Shown here one piece after another: positions 49,940 through 62,741 of a stretch of 64,000 nucleotides of DNA. Within the stretch, counting starts at the first letter, position 1. Each line of letters starts with the position of its first letter. Under the pieces are notes generated by a model. The model was not told the DNA's origin, did no database searches, and saw only the letters and a program-made list of their open reading frames with translations. The position numbers and the translations under genes were made by a program. Source of the DNA: Antedon mediterranea (lineage: Eukaryota; Animalia; Echinodermata); NCBI RefSeq assembly GCF_964355755.1, contig NC_092673.1:18535648-18599647 (forward strand). Direction: 5' to 3'.

Positions 49940-50474
49940 ATGGCAGAGACTGAAACTAACGATAGGTTCTTACAATTGAAAGTTGATCTTAATAGATGCT
50001 ATGACAGTAAAAGATACTACAAGCAAAAAATAAGATTCCTCCTATCTGATTACTTACCTTTTGATTTACTTGAAAAGTCAACTACTACACTTGTTTTATT
50101 GTATAACATCGAACGCCATAACAGAGGTTTAATCACACCTTCTAATGTTGATCTTCTCTTTGAGATTACGCAAATATTACAAGTAAAGGAGGCAGAAGAT
50201 CTTGTCAACCAGTATATGGAGGAAAACAATGTTCAGATTACAAATCATAGAACGTTGTCCAGATATCGAATGAAGATGTTCAGAGCATTGGAAGAAGTTT
50301 CAACTGATGTTAGACATCTTACTGTTTATTACAAACTGTACAAAAACTTTCAAAATGTATGGGATTTAGTACTTAAACTTGAGATGGCCAACTATCTAGC
50401 AGATGAACCAGACAAATTGGGGAAATTTGCACGTTTACTCAATCCAACAGCAAAAGCAATCTTACTTGATTACG
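49940..50474 (+). CDS. Gene 2 first coding exon: N-terminal tandem DED-like module (exon starts 49919)
   Basis: Acceptor ttattcttttcag| at 49918, ATG in GAAATGG context, donor TACG|gtatgt (phase 1). MAETETNDRFLQLKVDL...IRFLLSD...GLITPSNVDLLFEI...LSRYRMKMFRAL...VWDLVLKLE...LADEPDKL is a paralog of the gene 1 modules. Confidence 0.8.
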
Positions 50475-50512
50475 GTATGTAATTTTTTTTTAACTTGTGT
50501 TTCTGACTGTTA

Positions 50513-52399
50513 GGGGCCGTGTCAAAATTATATTACTCCGTGTAATGCAGTAAACACAAAGTTTACCGCGGTTAACGCACTAACGCTCCTAACGGATGTT
50601 CGATTATGCATAAACTTGCGGATTTCGTTGATTGCGTTAGTAAGCAAATGAATATTCATGAGTAGTACAGCAGAAACTGTAACAGGAGATACGCTCCGTT
50701 GATTTTTTAAATTAATACAAGCCTTTTTTAAACAATAAATATCCTGCCTAATTTTATTACACTGTTACTTTTATTTATACCATTAGACCAGGGAGTTGTT
50801 AACAACTCCCTGATTAGACGTTCAAAAACAAGCCGTACGCTTTCATGACCAGACAGTGGGCAAACCCTGTCAACGTCTAAATATAGCGCGATGTCGTTAG
50901 TGGTATATACACGCATGACGTTGTTGACTAGGCTAGCGAAATGAACAAGACGACGGTGCTAATATTATTAGGTGAAAAAATATAGGCCTAATTCTGAAAA
51001 AAATATTCGTGTACTGTTTTTTTTTTCTTTTCATTAAAAATCATTAAATAAAATAATTGCATCGCGATTGACTTTACACAAATATCTTAAGGAAAATGGT
51101 CTTTTTTTTTTCTATTTCAAGTTCTATCCAGAGAATTCGACTAGAGCGCGAAACACACGTGATCGCCACTGGGCTAGCGCAATACTGTAGCCTACTGCCG
51201 GGCCTACTGCTGACAGTGTTAGTGAAAATTTTTTCATGTTTTGCCAATTGTCAGCAGAAACGGACAAGTACTATACAGGCATGAACACACATGTTAATTT
51301 TTTAGGGTGCGTGTATGTACGGTACTTCAAATGGAATATCCACAATAATCGTTCGTTCGGCGGCGAAACTCGCATGATAAACACACATGGTAATTTCTTA
51401 CCAGAGGGGCGCGTGTACATCAAATGGAATTTCCACAACTGTCGTTGGTTGTTCGGGCAGCAAACTCGCATGGTGAACACACGTGGTAATGTACATCAAA
51501 TGGAATTTCACAAGTCGTTCGGCGTTCGGATGACAAACTCGCATGGTGAACGCACGTGGTAATTTCTTAGCAGAGGGGTACGTGTACATCAAATGGAATT
51601 TCATAACAGTCGTTTGGGGTACCTTCGGATAACAAAAACTCGCATGGTGAACGAACGTGGTAATTTCTTACCAGATGGGTGCGTGTACATCAAATGGAAT
51701 TTCTACAACAGTCATTCGGCTCGCTCGGAATTGTTTTTCCAACGATTGATCGTGCGGCTCACGAACACACACATGGTAGTTTCTTACTTATGGAATTGTT
51801 TTTTACAAAGATCGTTCGCATTAAATACACGTACACACTATTGTATACCATGATCATAGGTTTATTTTAAATAAAAAAAGAAAGCCTACATTTAAGTATA
51901 AAGCCCTTTTAGGACCATGTGTGCAGTAGGCCTACTGGGATCACCGTGGGAAAATGTGAAAGACCGTGGGAAAATGTGAAAGACCGTGGGAAAATTGTGA
52001 TTTTTTATTGTATTTACAATGAAAATATAGATAAAATATGTAACTGTATTTTAATGTTTGAAAAAATCATTACTGCACTTTACTATAAATAATTCAGCCT
52101 AAAAAAATTAGAATTCCCCTAAATTTGGAAACAGTGGAAACAACACACATAACGTATAATGTATTACAAAATGTCCAAACCGTTTACCGTGTTTACTGTT
52201 TTTTTATTATACAGTAAACGGAGCAAACGAATCCGTAATTACCTCATGAATATGAATGAGGCAAAACGTTAGTAGTGTTAGTACTTAACGCTTCAATGAA
52301 CATGGTTACACCCACCTCATTAACGAATTGTAATACACAGGATAACGTTAACCGCGGTGCACCGCGTTACACGGAGTAATATAATTTTGACACGGCCCC
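50513..52399. mobile_element. PIF/Harbinger-like non-autonomous element with internal ~90-bp tandem repeats (~51275-51800)
   Basis: TIRs GGGGCCGTGTCAAAATTATATTACTCCGTGTAA and its exact reverse complement; TTA on both flanks. Confidence 0.85.
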
Positions 52400-52441
52400 T
52401 TATTAGTGTAAACTGTAACATGTACAGTACTATGTATTATG

Positions 52442-55400
52442 TTTTCGCGCCGCGGCTCTAGCCAGCTATGTCCCAGGAGGACACATTCATTAATAAGCTG
52501 TTTCATAGCGGTAGCTTTAGTATCTAAGGCTGACAGTTTTGTGAATTTGGAAACTCGACTATAATTTATAGGTAGCTGCTGGACCCAAAAAACGTCTGGG
52601 AGAAGAGAGTCTATATGAAAGCCTTTGCTGATAATACAGTATTATTGAGATGTAGACGGAAATCTGTAAAATCTTGATCAATAAATAATAACTTCGTTTT
52701 TGCTGTCAACCAGGCTGGTATTATAATAAGTCACTGTCAAATAATCATTCTATAATGGTCAAAACTTTATTTTGGCTCTGTCAACATAAAGGAAGGTATT
52801 TACAATGACTTTCTTTGACTGTCAATCTAGGCCAATGTTATAATAATACGCCGTCAGATATTAAATCATTGAAACAGTCCTCGTAAATTTTTTGTTGGTT
52901 ATCAGATGCCGTGGGGGGTCCAATCAATTATTCAGAAGGTGAACAATCAGTCTAGCAGCAGCAGATTTTTAGGAACGCCTGCTCCATTAATTAATCCAGA
53001 AAAAGGTTTGTACATTATCTATTTGTTTATTAGCCTTCTCCTAACACAATTGTATTTTCTTTAAAAAAAAGGTTTTATAAGTGGTTTCAACATTTATGAT
53101 AGTAATGTCACAGATCTGTGTCTGGACTCAAGTTCATAGACCTACTAGTTATATTATTCATATTAACTGATACTTAATCTTCATTTACCGTAAAGTTCAG
53201 TTTTAATGAAATATATAATATAAATTGGCTTCGTAACAATTAATTAGTTTTGAAAAGGTTAGTTTTTTGGTGATAGGTAAAAATGACATGTAACTTCGTA
53301 ATCAATTTATTTTTTTTGTATAAAGGCCCAATTACACTATGACGATAACGACGGACGATAAATATATAGCATGCATTTTTTTTACATAAACCAAAAGAAA
53401 TTAGAAAGGTTTTCGTTCTAGACCTATAGGATAATCATTTATGCTGTCTTTGATAAAAATAATGTTTTTCAAATTCCAATCAAATGACGTCATGATAAAT
53501 AAAAACAATATAATCGCTGTATTGTCACGATATTATTGGTCTTACTAATCATGACGTCATTTGATTGGACGTGTGAAAATATAATTTTCATCAAAGGAAT
53601 TGTTTATATTTCTTTTGGTTTATGTATTAAAAATGCACATTTGTCTATTTATCGTTGATCGTTATCGTCCTAGTGTATGGGCCTTATGCTGTAAATGTTC
53701 AATTAATTGATCATTCCGATTTTATTAGTTGGACTCTTTCACAGTTGCTGTCTAATCGTTGTTGTGTAATATCATTTCGAACCATATTAAAATCATAAAG
53801 AGATTCATATTCCTTAACATGTGGCTGTGCATGGAAGTCTGGTCTACACAAACTCGGCCCCGGGCCTGAAAGTGTTGGTGAATTCATAATTATACTTAAT
53901 ATTATATTTATATATATATATATATATATATCATTATATTATTATACAATTGAAAGCAAAACCCGTTGAATCTCAAATCATTAGGACTAGAAATTTGGCT
54001 TATCAATCAAATAAATACTTTCGTTCAAAATGAAACTCCAACCTCTCTAATCAAAAGATTGAACTCGAAAACGGACCGTTTTTTTTTAATTGGGTATGTT
54101 GAAACATTTCAATATTCATTTAAAAAAGTACATTATTATGGTATTGATCAGTGGCTATAGAGGCGTAAAAACCCTCGGTCAATATCATGTAAAATGCACT
54201 GTGGAAGGGTCATTATTAAGACTGCAAAATTGGGCTTATCAACAAATAAATACTTTCGTTCAAAATGTAAAATCAAGGCTGAAAAATTGGGCTTATCAGC
54301 AACAAAATATTTTATTATTAGACGCGATAACATCTCAAGGATAATCAGTATAATTATTAATATAGCCACTGTTACTAGTTTTATTCTACATGCTAAAGTA
54401 AATAAAAATCCACTAGAAAACAAACAAGTCTGAATGTTATGCTTATTAGCCATGTTATGTTTGTTACTGTAGGCCTATGATTGTTTGCAATGTCCACATA
54501 TTATTTCCGTGGGCATATCCATAGTGTATCACTCACAAAAAAGACGTGTGAGGTTCTTTCTTTAGATTTTGAAGAATGATTTGTGTTACAGGTTGACACA
54601 AGAGTCAAATGCTCAAGATATCGGCTAACGCCATGGGACCCTTGGCTTATCAATGAATAATAAATACAGTACTACTTTCGTTCAATTGAAATCGGAATCT
54701 GACCGTTTCATTAAATTGGGTTTGATTAGGCCTAAACATATAATAATTTATTAAAAAGGTACAATAAAAACAAATGCATCAGAGGCGTAAAGAACCCACG
54801 GTCAATATCATGTAAAATGTATATGGTATAAGCACTGTGGAAGGGGTCATTATTATTAAACTGGAAAATTCGGCTTATCAACAAATAAATACTTTCGTTT
54901 AAAATGTAAAATAAAACTGCACAATTGGGCTTATCAACAAATAAAATCCTTTTTTTTTTCAAAATGTAAAATTAAGACTGGAAAATTGGGCTTATAAACA
55001 AATAAATACTTTTTTTAAAAATGTAAAATTAAGACTGGAAAATTGGGCTTATAAACAAATAAATACTTCCGTTCAAAATGTAAGAAAACATTTTTTAAAT
55101 ATAATCCTTAAGCTCTGTCTATACTATCAAACTAAATATGATGTCATATCACTACGATAATCGGGCATATCACTACCATATTTGGGCACATCACACTTTT
55201 TTTGTTAAACTAGTTGGGACAGTGTAGACACAGAACTATGTGATCGAAACATAAGTCGGAATTGGACTGACGCGATTGATTTAATTGGGTATTTTTATTA
55301 ATGTAATGATTCATTAAAAACTATAATACCGATACGCGTTTGGTATTGATCAATGGTGCAAAAAACCCTGAGAAATAATGTTATAACGCGATTTGGTGAT

Positions 55401-55793
55401 AGCTTAGCAATAATACAACCCATATACTATTATTATAAATACCTATTACAAATCCATTCATATAACTTTTCATCGCGAACCGAAAATGTATAAATGTTAT
55501 TCTACAGACAGTAATTATATATTCAAAAGCCATATTATTATTATTATCAATACCTAAATGCGATAGTAATAACCACATACATTATTCCCAATACAAATTT
55601 GTGCGTTTAATTCTACAGTAGAAAGAAACGACTGTGCTGACAGGCCAATGACAGAAATCACAAGTAAAGTCCCAATTGTTCACTTGCGTTTTGATTGGCC
55701 GACCTATTATATTAGATTAATGAAGACTGTTCTTACAACAACTGTCCAGTCAAAAAGTTACGCGGCGTTTTTTGTAAGAAATATTTCTTGTTT
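52442..55793 (+). mobile_element. ~3.35-kb non-autonomous Helentron-like element, copy B (un-nested)
   Basis: TTTTCGCGCCGCG ... CGCGGCGTTTTTTGT-AAGAAATATTTCTT-GTTT. Contains a MITE (53324-53684) and ~57-bp satellite-like repeats (AAAATTGGGCTTATCAACAAATAAATACT). Confidence 0.75.
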
Positions 55794-56119
55794 AACTATA
55801 GTATTCTGTACTTAAATAAATCAAATTTCCTTTATTTTGAGGAGTACTGTATAGATCAGTACAGGCAGTTCTGTAAAACCATTCAATTAAAAAGTAAATA
55901 TATATAGTAGATATATGTATTATTGTTTGCTGCAAAAGCAGGCCTTTGGGATTTTGATCAAAACAAGTTCAATAACAAAATGTTTATGTTAGGAGTTAAT
56001 TATCCATGCAAAGTCCCATAGATTATATACACTCTGTATCTTACTCTATGTAGGGCTATAATCCATACCCAACTTATTGCAAGGGTTAAAATTAATTACA
56101 TTTTTTGTTGTTGACATCT

Positions 56120-56515
56120 TGGTCATTCAGTATATGAAGGATAACAATGTTCCAAACACAGATGATCGTTTATCAACATATCGAAGACAACTGTTTCAGA
56201 CTTTGAGACAAAGTAATCATAACCGACTTGGAAAAAGTTGTTGCTTTCTATAAAATTGAAGAATATGGTTTCAACCATATTTGGGATGTAGTTTTGAAAC
56301 TGGAGTAGGACCACCTTTTGAATGATAATCCAGAAGAATGGAGGAGGTTGTTGATAAACGATCATCTGTGTTTGGAACATTGTTATCCTTCATATACTGA
56401 ATGACCAGATCTTCAGCACGCTTCAAACCTGTTAGTGTTACTTTTGTAATATCTAACAGTAGACTGACATTCTGTGGTGTAATTCTGCCTTTAACTTCGA
56501 GTACATTAAATACAG
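56120..56515. pseudogene. Scrambled tandem-DED exon: 3' half on + strand, 5' half inverted downstream
   Basis: + strand: VIQYMKDNNVPNTDDRLSTYRRQLFQTLRQ/...LEKVVAFYKIEEYGFNHIWDVVLKLE*. - strand from ~56513: VFNVLEVKGRITPQNVSLLLDITKV..GLKRAEDLVIQYMKDNNVPNTDDRLST. The shared 59 bp form an inverted repeat. Confidence 0.8.
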
Positions 56516-56599
56516 AGAAGATCTATACAGTTTGAAATTTATTATTTTATATTTGCAGGATTTATCAATTTTCCCCCAAAAAGTAGGTTGTTTATAGAA

Positions 56600-57670
56600 A
56601 TAGAATTTTTAATTGACATACCAAGTGAATCCTATATTAAGGGTATTAAGGATAGTCTGCTTAATTCTGATCTGACAGCCACGCTGGGTGCGCTGTTTCC
56701 AATGCCTAAAATAAATCTTGAAAAACGTGTCTGTAAATGATAAATTCGTGATAAATTCGAAAAACCTCATGTCTCACTCCCGTAAATTAAAATTGGTAAA
56801 ACTTTGTCAAAAATGTGTTTCCATATATTCTCTGGTAGGTATTTTGTTTTGCTATTAATTGATTGTAAATAGTACGTACGTTATTCGCTTTTTGACAATT
56901 GTGTTCAATTGTGTTATTCCACTGACCATTTGAATTGAAAACCACTTCCAAGAAAGTATACGATTTAACAACTTCCATTTTAATGTTTATGTAATACCAT
57001 TTTTCATATTTTCTTTATTTTTCACCTTTTTTAAATACCATTATTTTTTATTTGTTTACATTTACACTAAGACCCCATGTGTCACAAAATATTTCCAATA
57101 TAATTATTAAATTTTATAAGCCCTTACTGTGTCTGCAAATAGTAATAAATCATCAGCATATAGCAGATGGTTTATAAAGCAATCCCTGAATGGTATTTTT
57201 TTGTTATTTTGATTTAGTTAGTAATTCATAAATATATTAAATAGAGATGATGGCAGGGGTGACCCTTGTTGTATTCCAATTGAACATTCAAATAGGAGCG
57301 TTAATGAGTTTCCTATTTTTACATGCGCTAATAATAATTGGAAACTAAATAATAATATATATGACGTCATATATATTATTAATACGCCTATTCTTCTTAA
57401 TTTTAATAATAGAAAATTATGATTTATACTGTCAAGTGCACGTTTTAGATCAACGAAGCAACAAAATATTCTACCCCCTTTTTTACGTAGATATTTTTGA
57501 ATTATGCTGTTAAGAATGAAAATATTATCTAATGTGCGGAATCCCTTGCGAAAACCCTGATTGTTCTTGTTAAATAATGTTATTGTTTTCAGTATGGTTA
57601 GTTATTCTAGTGTTAAGGATGTTTAAAAATATTTTGCCAAGAATTGGAATTAGAGAAATGCCCCTATATT
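56600..57670 (-). mobile_element. Degenerate non-LTR retrotransposon RT fragment (longer paralog of 2380-2765)
   Basis: Minus-strand motifs QGFRKG, CCFVDLK, GIQQG, HLLYADDLLLF, YTFL.V, with many frameshifts. Confidence 0.75.
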
Positions 57671-58019
57671 AAATACTAGGCTAGGCTTACCAAATAATTA
57701 TTTTGTTTTCAAATTTAGACCAGCTGAACGGCTGCTTCAATAGGCTAAAATAGTCCTTGACTGTACTGCTAATAACTAATTGTACTGTATATTCATTACA
57801 TTGGTGGGGGGAGGGGCGGTGTTCTTCTTTGTTTTAAGGTTCTGGTGGGGTTTCTGGACTGCAGCACAGTTCATAACTGTATTTTAATAAATACTCGTCA
57901 CAATGATTGCTTGTGCTTCAGACATCAAGCATCAAGGACACAGGCTTTTTTCCATTCTATAGCAATCAGGTTACCCCGTGTCTGGGACCAGCTTCCCAGA
58001 CCGTTGACAGATGCTGCAG

Positions 58020-58400
58020 CAGGCCCGTAGCCAGGGGGTTTTTTTGGGGTTCGGGCGAACCCCCCCTTTTGCGCGAACCCCCCTTTTACCAGCGAACCCC
58101 CCCCTTGAAAAACAAAGGCCCCACTTCCAAAATCGTGCAATTAATTATCAATTATAGCAGATTTTTTGGTCATTTTACTTCTATTGACTATGTTTAAATC
58201 GATCGAATATACAGATTGTCCGATGTCAAAGTCACTGCTGAGCGTGAGATCGAGAGATTGTTGAGAGATGATGGTTATAAATAGGCCTATGACAGAAAAA
58301 TGGACTGACCAATCGCGTGCTTCGGCCAGGCTTTTCGGAACGCACAAGATCACGTTCAGTTCAGTTCAATCTTTTTGGGGATTTTTATTTTTTTCCTGGA
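58020..58400. mobile_element. Left end of a hAT-like non-autonomous element (right end not found; end coordinate approximate)
   Basis: Starts CAGGCCCGTAGCCAGGGGG...GGGGTTCGGGCGAACCCCCC with repeated GCGAACCCCCC motifs. Confidence 0.45.
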
Positions 58401-59068
58401 AATATTTTTCATTGAACCAAAGAATTTCACTGTGCAAACTTGAATAAAAATGGTGCTGAGTTAAATTGGTACGTGTACGTAGGCCTACCGTATATTTCGG
58501 TGTATAAGACGCACTTTTGACACGCAAATTTGACCTCTAAATGTTACCCTAATTAATTTAATTACCTACTAATACTTAAATTAATTAAAAATAGTGTACT
58601 ACTCTGCAATGTCGGCCTAGCTAGTTACTCACTCCTGTCTAACCACAGTGTGGTAACAAGTTTATTGAATTTTTAGTTAAGGTAAATTGTCATCCTCGAC
58701 TGTATTAATTAATATTACAGTACGCATTAGATATTCTACCCAGGCCTAGTAATACTCTCTGAACTCGCGGGCGTGTATTCTTGCAGCATGCAGCATGCAG
58801 CATCACAGCGCAACACATTTATGGAAGAGTCCATTAATTACGGTGGTGTCACATTTTAATTACACAATAACTATTTCCCTTGATCACGGTGGTTTATTTT
58901 TATTACCGTACATCTCTATGTCAACAATCACATAATTTTATAATCATGTAGGCAATAGTTCGTATGTCAAGCGATATCTAAAAGAGTGTGTTGTTATTGT
59001 GTTAAGTAGCTTCCCCTAATCTCATAGTGTATATGGCCAACAGTGCTGGCCACCAGGCAAGGAGTGTC

Positions 59069-62000
59069 ACGCCAAATGAGGTACCACTGCCAAATGAGGT
59101 ACCGCACGCGATTTTTTTTTCCGTACGGGAGTTCCTCCATCGGTTCGTTTCGGACTCAATCGACTCTCTTCGGTATTCGGTAAAGTCAGCTCACTGATGC
59201 GTGACAATATAAGACAATTTTACATTTACAAACCGCGAGCTAATACTTTCACACAGGCTCTCATAATTAATAGTATATGAATCTAATACGAGTTTTGATG
59301 ACATTAATTAATTAATAAATACTAGGCCTACTTAGTAATTACATTAAGAACCCAATAGCATATTGACCTTTTGTCACGAAAAGAGAGGCTCTTTTCTTAT
59401 CGTTTATGGTATTATTGTAGCTAGCCCATGGCTAGCCTAGCCAAGCTTGTGTAAGCCTATGCAAGGTATACTTTTGAATTTAAAATGGTTATGTACAGTA
59501 GGAATTCCTATGCACAGTGTATGTTTTTATACCTTTTAAAATAATATTATTAAATTAATACAGTATTTATATTGTAAGGTAATGGAAATTTTACGTTAAA
59601 GGTGTACGTATTATTAATTATCCCCAATCTTGAAAAATAAAGATTTCAGACTTTTAATATAGGCAATTTTGGAGTTTTAATTAAGTTATAGGCCTACAAC
59701 TAATATTATTGTTTATTATGTGTATATGTAATTTGGAAAATCATAAAAAATACATGCAAAGTAAAAAACATTCAATTACGGTACTGACACGACTGCAATA
59801 GTACAAATACATTTAATAATACTGTAACACATTTTCCAGGAAGCTTATAATTTATTGTGATACTATCATCTTGTCATGAAGATCGGTTTTCTGTATTCCA
59901 TATTCTTGATTTAATTTTTTTTATTATGGTTTCTGAAATAAATTTAAAAAAAAAATTGTTCATTTTAATTCAAAATTTCCACCGGCCAAGATATCAATAA
60001 TTATTAAATTAACACAATATTAAACGCTTTATAAGCAAGCATGTGTTTCTATACATTACAACTTACAAGAATACATGTTACTAATACTAATTGATACCTA
60101 GGCCTATATGTATACAATTTTTCAAATGTTACACTTAAAAACCTGACTGAAGAAAATTGTAATTTTCTTGATAAAAACATCTGTTAGTGTTACTTCTGTA
60201 CATATAATTTCTAACCTACTACTTCATTTTATTAAAATAAAAAATATTAATGTAGATGGAAATGTACTACATTGAAGCACACGTACGTAGGGCTAGGCTA
60301 GCTAGGCCTTGCTTGTGATCGACGACCAACAAAGTGCTGCTGCTGTGTGTGTGTTACTGTTTGTGAATTTGATGGTACTACATTGGTTTGTGGCTGCCTA
60401 GACAGTATTATATTATTAAAATTCTAGGCCTATTATTATTATTACAATGACGTTCAGAACTACTATTAATATTTATTATTTTATTTACTGGGGCGGATCC
60501 AGACATTTTTGAGAGGGGGGATCCGCCGATAAAAAGGGCACATCAGATATTGAGTATTTGAGCCACAGCCCCCCCATGGTGGGGGTTGTGGCGAAGCGAA
60601 TTTTGTTACAGGACACACTTAGATGGCCGGAAATGGCACTCTCGCACGCAAAATCCATGATAAATGGCACCTTTCTAGTTCGCCGGAAATGACACTTTAT
60701 TAGCAGGGATAACGATGCAAAATTAAAAGTTGTTATTTTTCAACCAATTTAAACATTATCTGTTGGTATTTTGTTTCAATATTCCAATAAAGAAAGAATT
60801 ACGAAAATCTGACTTGTAGTTTTCGAAATATAGGGTCTAAAACATTGCCGAAAATGATCGTTTTTAGCCACGAACGTTGTAAACAAATTGCGCAATTTTT
60901 CGCTAAAATAATTACATATAATTACGTTTTATAGTAATTTCTTTTATATATCAACATTGGAAATATCAATAAAATATAGAGTTGTTTATTTAACGGAATT
61001 CGTACAAATTCATTGCTCTAAATTTGTGTAGAGTACCGTTCAGTACAGAGAGATCACGTGACTTCTTGGTACACGCGCGCGAGAGAAAACATTCCGCTGT
61101 GGGTAATTCGTGTCCACCAATCCAAAATAGCCAGATTCCAAAATCATTCAACCGTGAGCTCTGCCGCCGATCGCGGGAAAGCTCAGCTTTGATTGGCTTA
61201 CAATGACATCATATCACAAAATGGTGGTTTTTTTTTTGTTTCAAAAATGAAATAAATGAACCTTCTTTATGGTATGTGTGATTTTTCTTTAAAAGATTTG
61301 AATAATAAAGGCTTCATATCGAGAAAAAAACATTTTTTTGGCACTTATAATAAATATTTCTCAGAGAAAAAAGCACATGGCTTGTAGAACTATATTATCT
61401 TGGCGTAGGAAGACAAACAAATCCCAGGTCATGAGAGGCTCAACTACAAAAACAAGGTTGAATAGTATAGTGTAAGGACCGTTCGATGATTTTTGAGTAA
61501 ACAATCTACCGCGTATGGTCGTACGCGGTAGATAGTACGATATTTTAACTACATTTTTTACATGTTTGGTTGGATGTAATGGAAATAAAAAATAGTTGAT
61601 CTGATGGAATGATATGTAAATAAACAAATACTCAAAAGAATTATGTTTACAGTTCAATTATTTTCAGAATAATAATACATAAAAATGTGTTTACCAATGG
61701 ACAAATAATCGCGTCAATGACAGAGCGCGCATGGTAACGTACCTACGCGGAGTTGAATCGTAAAAAGTTTACATGCGCCCTCTGTAGTATGCGAAACGAT
61801 CTATTTTTAGAAGTTTAAGTAGAGATCATCACGCATCACCACCTCTCACAATGCTCTTTGATCGGCCGCCGTAACTTAACATCGCGCTCATTGTGATAAA
61901 TTTCTGTTTTTATTTTTGGGGTTAGTGTAGCTTACTCTGTGCATACTAATATACACACAAATATGTCACACGAATAAAATATTGAACCTCTAAAAAAAGG

Positions 62001-62254
62001 GCACCCTTAAAATTTAGGGGGGGTCCGGACCCCGTGGACCCCCCCTCTGGATCCGCCCCAGATTTACAGTGAGTATAGTATTAGGCCTCTAGTATGTATA
62101 AATCTGTCACTCGTGCAAAAAAGCTGCTCACGTTTTGTCTTGTGGTTGCTGTCACGCATCAGTGGCTTACCGAAGAGTCGATTGAGTCCGAAACGAACCG
62201 GTGGAGGAACTCTCGTACGGAAAAAAAAATCGCGTACCGCACTTAATTTGGCGT
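59069..62254. mobile_element. Element bounded by ~90-bp imperfect inverted repeats; hosts 60488-62061
   Basis: CGCGATTTTTTTTTCCGTACGGGAGTTCCTCCATCGGTTCGTTTCGGACTCAATCGACTCT (~59107) is inverted at ~62174-62234. The exact ends are uncertain. Confidence 0.6.
60488..62061. mobile_element. Non-autonomous TIR DNA transposon
   Basis: Perfect 16-bp TIRs CTGGGGCGGATCCAGA / TCTGGATCCGCCCCAG, with ATTTA on both flanks. Confidence 0.75.
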
Positions 62255-62741
62255 CTAAGGCGCCAAATTAGGTACTATTGCAAAATGAAGTTCTATTGTA
62301 ATTTTGTAAAATACAGTCTATATAAAACAAACATATTTAAGCCAGTATTAAACTACAATATGTATTCTGTGTTGTTACGCCTGTTATTAGATCAAGCTAT
62401 TACATTAAATTAAATTTAAAGCAGAAAATAGTTATCCTTTTTTGATTTTCGTCGAATAGATCGAAGCGGATGTGCTTCGGTCATGGTCCGCAAATTATAT
62501 GATACGCCTTGTGTGCCAAAATGTTTTTACTGCTTTTAGTTGAATCACCGCGTGTACAGTTAAAACCAATAGATTGTGCTGCAGTGCAGATTGTCTGTAC
62601 AGTAATGTGGACTGTCTGCTTGGGGGTCTGTCTATCAAGGTACAACATTTCAACGAAGCCAATTTAATATTTTCATTCTGTTTTAATATCTGTAGAATGC
62701 GTTGTCATTTATTCTGAAGCTAATACTGTAGGCCTATATAC

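Noticed and set aside
51275-51800. ~90-bp repeats with variable segments, and ORFs 51236, 51271, 51398 and 51593
   Set aside because: Degenerate tandem repeats inside a Harbinger-like element; the ORFs are by-products.
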